The notes under the pieces are model-generated. The model saw only the letters and a program-made list of their open reading frames with translations, made no database searches and was not told the origin of the DNA. Shown piece by piece: positions 58,268 through 64,000 of a stretch of 64,000 bases of DNA; the stretch's first letter is position 1, and the number at the start of each line of letters is the position of its first letter. Both the position numbers and the translations under genes were made by a program. The DNA is taken from assembly GCA_964016885.1 (NCBI GenBank), contig OZ024742.1, forward strand, positions 302,498,001-302,562,000, given 5' to 3'. Origin of the DNA: Eledone cirrhosa (Eukaryota).

Positions 58268-58268
58268 G

Positions 58269-58344
<76 letters not shown>

Positions 58345-58626
58345 TGTGTATAACAAATTTATATATATAATGTGTGTGTATAAACAAATTTAAGAAGCAC
58401 AGAGATCAAATTTATTTTGATATCCACTATTATGAAGAGCAAATACACCCAAGGTATAACAATAGATTGGTGGACGGAAAGATGGCGAGTGTAGATGAAA
58501 AGTTATAAAATGAATAAAGGAACATTATATAAGGAAAGAATGAAGGAACTATAAAACTGATGAAACAGAAAAAATGAAAATAAAACACGAAAAAGGAAAA
58601 TTGTAAAAATAATATAATATAAAATA

Positions 58627-58726
58627 TAATTGTTTCTACTTTTGGCACAAGGCCAGCAATTAACCAGTACATTACTGGTACTTTATTTTATCGATCCCAT
58701 AAGGATGAAATGCAAAGTTAACCTCC
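58627..58726 (-). mobile_element. 5'-truncated SINE S1
   Basis: 3' half only. Confidence 0.8.
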
Positions 58727-58903
58727 GATATATACACAAAAATATATATGTATATAAGTATAATATACATATCATATATAAATATATATGATATATACAC
58801 AAAAATAAACATCATATATATATAGATGTGTGTGTGTGTAAAAGGTAAAGAGAAATAACAAAGCAAACAATTCAGTACATGGAAGAAATATATTAGTTTA
58901 ACG

Positions 58904-59016
<113 letters not shown>

Positions 59017-59150
59017 GCCAAACAAACTGTTTGAAAAACAGTCGATCGATATAAATAATTGTGCAAAAAAATCAGGTTATAGGTCAGACATTAGTTCAGA
59101 AGCTGTGTAAACGTACGTACATATACCCACACACCCCACTCATACGTATG

Positions 59151-59186
<36 letters not shown>

Positions 59187-59235
59187 TATATATATAATTA
59201 TATACATAAATGATGTATATACAAGTATATAAATG

Positions 59236-59293
<58 letters not shown>

Positions 59294-59355
59294 TGTATAT
59301 GTATGTATATATATATATATATTTAAATTATCATATACTAACTGTTGTGGAACTA

Positions 59356-59396
<41 letters not shown>

Positions 59397-59430
59397 GAAG
59401 TAATTCCGTCGGAAAAGTCCAGGAAAAATG

Positions 59431-59494
<64 letters not shown>

Positions 59495-59556
59495 TGTATA
59501 TGTATGTATATATATATATATATTTAAATTATCATATACTAACTGTTGTGGAACTA

Positions 59557-61213
<1,657 letters not shown>

Positions 61214-61809
61214 ATATATATATATAAATGAAAAATATAGAAATTATTGTGAGCAAGAAGCCAACAGTATTTCATAATATATAAGTGACTATAACGTCAA
61301 AATGGAAAATAATTAACGTAAGATATGGGAAAATAATTCAAACTCAATTAAAAAAAAATTAAGACAAATTTTATCCACAGATTTTGTGAAATCCAGGGAA
61401 AAACCAATAGAGTCTTAACTCAGTATCAAATAAAGCTTAAATACTCATCCTTCAATTTGGAAAAACTGCAAATGCTCTATATAGTCTTAAAAAGACTATT
61501 TCACGAAACTTTTCAGTGGGGATGGTCATGGTTGGAGTCGTTCATCAGTGGAGCTCAAACACGATAACCTTTTTTTTCTCACTGCCAGAATATGCCAAAA
61601 AGGGAATTTAAAAGCAGCCTAGTTCACCTCGTGCGGAATTATAAAAATAAACACACATGGAGAGACATGGCTGGTTACGTCAGAATGAGACGAATGTCTA
61701 TTTACAAGAAACAGCAGTCAAAAAACATTCCGAAAAAACTCTACAAAATGTAAGGAGTTCAGCAAAATAGCAATATTATCGCGGTTTTTTTAAACATACA
61801 TATATGTAT

Positions 61810-62325
61810 GTACGTATATATACATACTTACATTTAAGTATCAGCCGTACTAAGAGTGAGAAATGAAATTTCGTTTCATTCTTTTCCATTTATCGTTTTC
61901 GGTGCGCCCGGCCGACTAACTCACTCGATATGCAAATTAGGCAGCTCAGCCGTTAATATGCATAAGGAAAGTATATACTTTCAAACGTTCAATCATCTGG
62001 CAGGAAGGTATACGGCGCTGATGATAGCTAATAAGCTTGAAACTAGTACATCGTTCCTGTGTCAGTGTTAAACAAAAGGGCGACGATGGTTGCTTGAACA
62101 CTGTACGGCGCAATTCGGGCTGTTTCTTTGTTTACAAACAAACCGAGCATTATAATAAATGTTCGGTAAACCGATACGTACATATATATATGTGTGCATG
62201 TATGTATATATATACATACTACTGTACGTCTGTATACATATATGTATGTACGTATACATACATACTTACATTTAAGTATCAGCCGTACTAAGAGTGAGAA
62301 ATGAAATTTCGTTTCATTCTTTTCC

Positions 62326-62332
<7 letters not shown>
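61810..62332 (+). mobile_element. Family H1 mini-element, unit of about 440 nt with a terminal direct repeat of about 80 bp; HHR at 62001-62059
   Basis: 61810-61892 is nearly identical to 62249-62332. acggcg CTGATGA tagc-taataa-gctt GAAA ctag TA catcgt. Confidence 0.85.
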
Positions 62333-62362
<30 letters not shown>

Positions 62363-62373
62363 TAACAGATTAA

Positions 62374-62423
62374 AGTTTAAGCAAAGAATCGCTGCTTTCA
62401 CCCTTAACGGGATCTTCTGAAAC
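62374..62423 (-). ncRNA. Hammerhead, U4A variant (family H3)
   Basis: Minus strand: gttt CAGAAGA tccc-gttaa-gggt GAAA gca..tgc TT aaact. Confidence 0.75.
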
Positions 62424-62588
62424 ATTTGGTCTACGGTTCTTATATATTTGATATATATTTATCCTTATCGAGCCCTCTTTGGATTTTAGTCTTCAAATTT
62501 ATTATTATTACTATATATGTATATATATATAATTGTTTATATGTATATAAATATATTATATATATAATTATATATATATAAATAAATA

Positions 62589-63444
62589 AATCACCTAGAA
62601 ATTGATTGACATATATATATCTAAAATAAACATATGAAACAATCACAGGGAATAATTTGTAAAAGTGTGTTTATTTTAATGAAATATATACAAGGAAGAT
62701 TAATCATTTAAAAATTATCTATATTTCAAGTTCTAGTTAAACTTCAATTAGTTACCTACCTAGCTGTGTGTGCTTACACACTTTTACAAATTATTTCCTG
62801 TGATTGTTTCATATGTTTATTTTAGATATATATATATGTCAATCAATTTCTAGTTGATATAAAATGCTCGGATCTATTCATTGGAATCTTTGAGCATATT
62901 CTACAGTGGATATGGCGCATGTCTCTCGGATATACACCCTTAATTTAATTTTGGGTGCTATTTCTAGTTGTTGATAATCCTATTCACGCCATTGGGATGA
63001 AGCTGGTACGATGTGTGTATTTAAAAAAAAATGCAACACGTGCTGCTAGTCATTCGCAGATTTGCATTTGCTATGTAAACACAGATAGTTAAATCTTCTG
63101 CCTTGTTGAAAATCCAAGATTTGAGTACTGTGATTTACCGTTCGATTGATGGTGAAATATATTTCTTTAATGAAATATATACAAGGAAGATTAAACATTT
63201 AAAAAGGTATCTATATTTAAAGTTCTAGTTAAACTTTAATTAGTTACCTACCTAGCTATGTGTGCTTACACACTTTTACAAATTATTCCTTGTGATTGTT
63301 TCATATGCATATTTTACATATATATATATGTCAATCAATTTCTAGGTGATATAAAATGCTCGGATCTATTCATTGGAATATTTGAGCATATTCTACAGTG
63401 GATATGGCGCATGTCTCTCGGACATGACACCCTTAATTTAATTT

Positions 63445-63446
<2 letters not shown>
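62589..63446 (+). mobile_element. ORF-less mini-element family H7: inverted 5' piece plus a 491-nt unit with a direct repeat of about 280 bp
   Basis: 62676-62953 is nearly identical to 63166-63446. U3:A8 hammerhead-like cores at 63101-63186 (ccttg TTGAAAA..GAAA tata TA caagg) and 62967-63012 (decayed). Confidence 0.78.
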
Positions 63447-63499
<53 letters not shown>

Positions 63500-63632
63500 G
63501 TATATATGTATATAAATATATATATATATAATTATATATATATATAATTGTATATATGTATATGAATATATATATATATAATTATATATATATATATATA
63601 TACTGTATATATATATATATATAATTATATAT

Positions 63633-63663
<31 letters not shown>

Positions 63664-63913
63664 AATATATATATACTTGTATATATATCATTTATGTATA
63701 TATATATATGTTTATATACATACATATATGTATTTCTTTCTCTCTCTCCCTCCTCTCTCTCTTTCTTTCTCTCTCTCTCTATCTATCTATCTCCCTAGCT
63801 TGGATACCGCCGCCCGAATATCGGCGCTTCAGGTCGGATCTAATTGTTGAAACGGCCGGAACTCAGTCGTCGGTGTCCCGAACTTTTCATATGTATATAT
63901 ATATACGCACGCA

Positions 63914-63952
<39 letters not shown>

Positions 63953-64000
63953 GCATATATACATATATACATACATGCATACACACACATATATATATAT

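Overview
Repeat-saturated, AT-rich eukaryotic DNA with no host protein-coding exon that I can support. The SINE types and the (TA)n/(CA)n/(GA)n density suggest a cephalopod such as Octopus (inference). Recognisable coding pieces are all retroelements: three R4/Dong-like RT+RLE non-LTR families (one nearly intact, 1127 aa), two Penelope-like (PLE) GIY-YIG remnants, RTE 3' ends, and a 5'-inverted Vingi-like LINE with a 13-bp TSD. The window also holds tRNA-derived SINEs and three MITEs. The main result comes from reading the short 'unique' islands between the microsatellites. About 30 type I hammerhead ribozyme (HHR) cores, from roughly 20 sequence-unrelated families, sit in ORF-less PLE-pLTR/retrozyme-like mini-elements. 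Several have permuted direct repeats (unit about 320-525 nt) or fold-back inversions whose junctions map to ribozyme helices. Core variants recur: a compensatory U3:A8 pair in four families, U4A fixed in all copies of one family, and U4C in three families. All folds were made by eye, activity is untested, and element boundaries are approximate.
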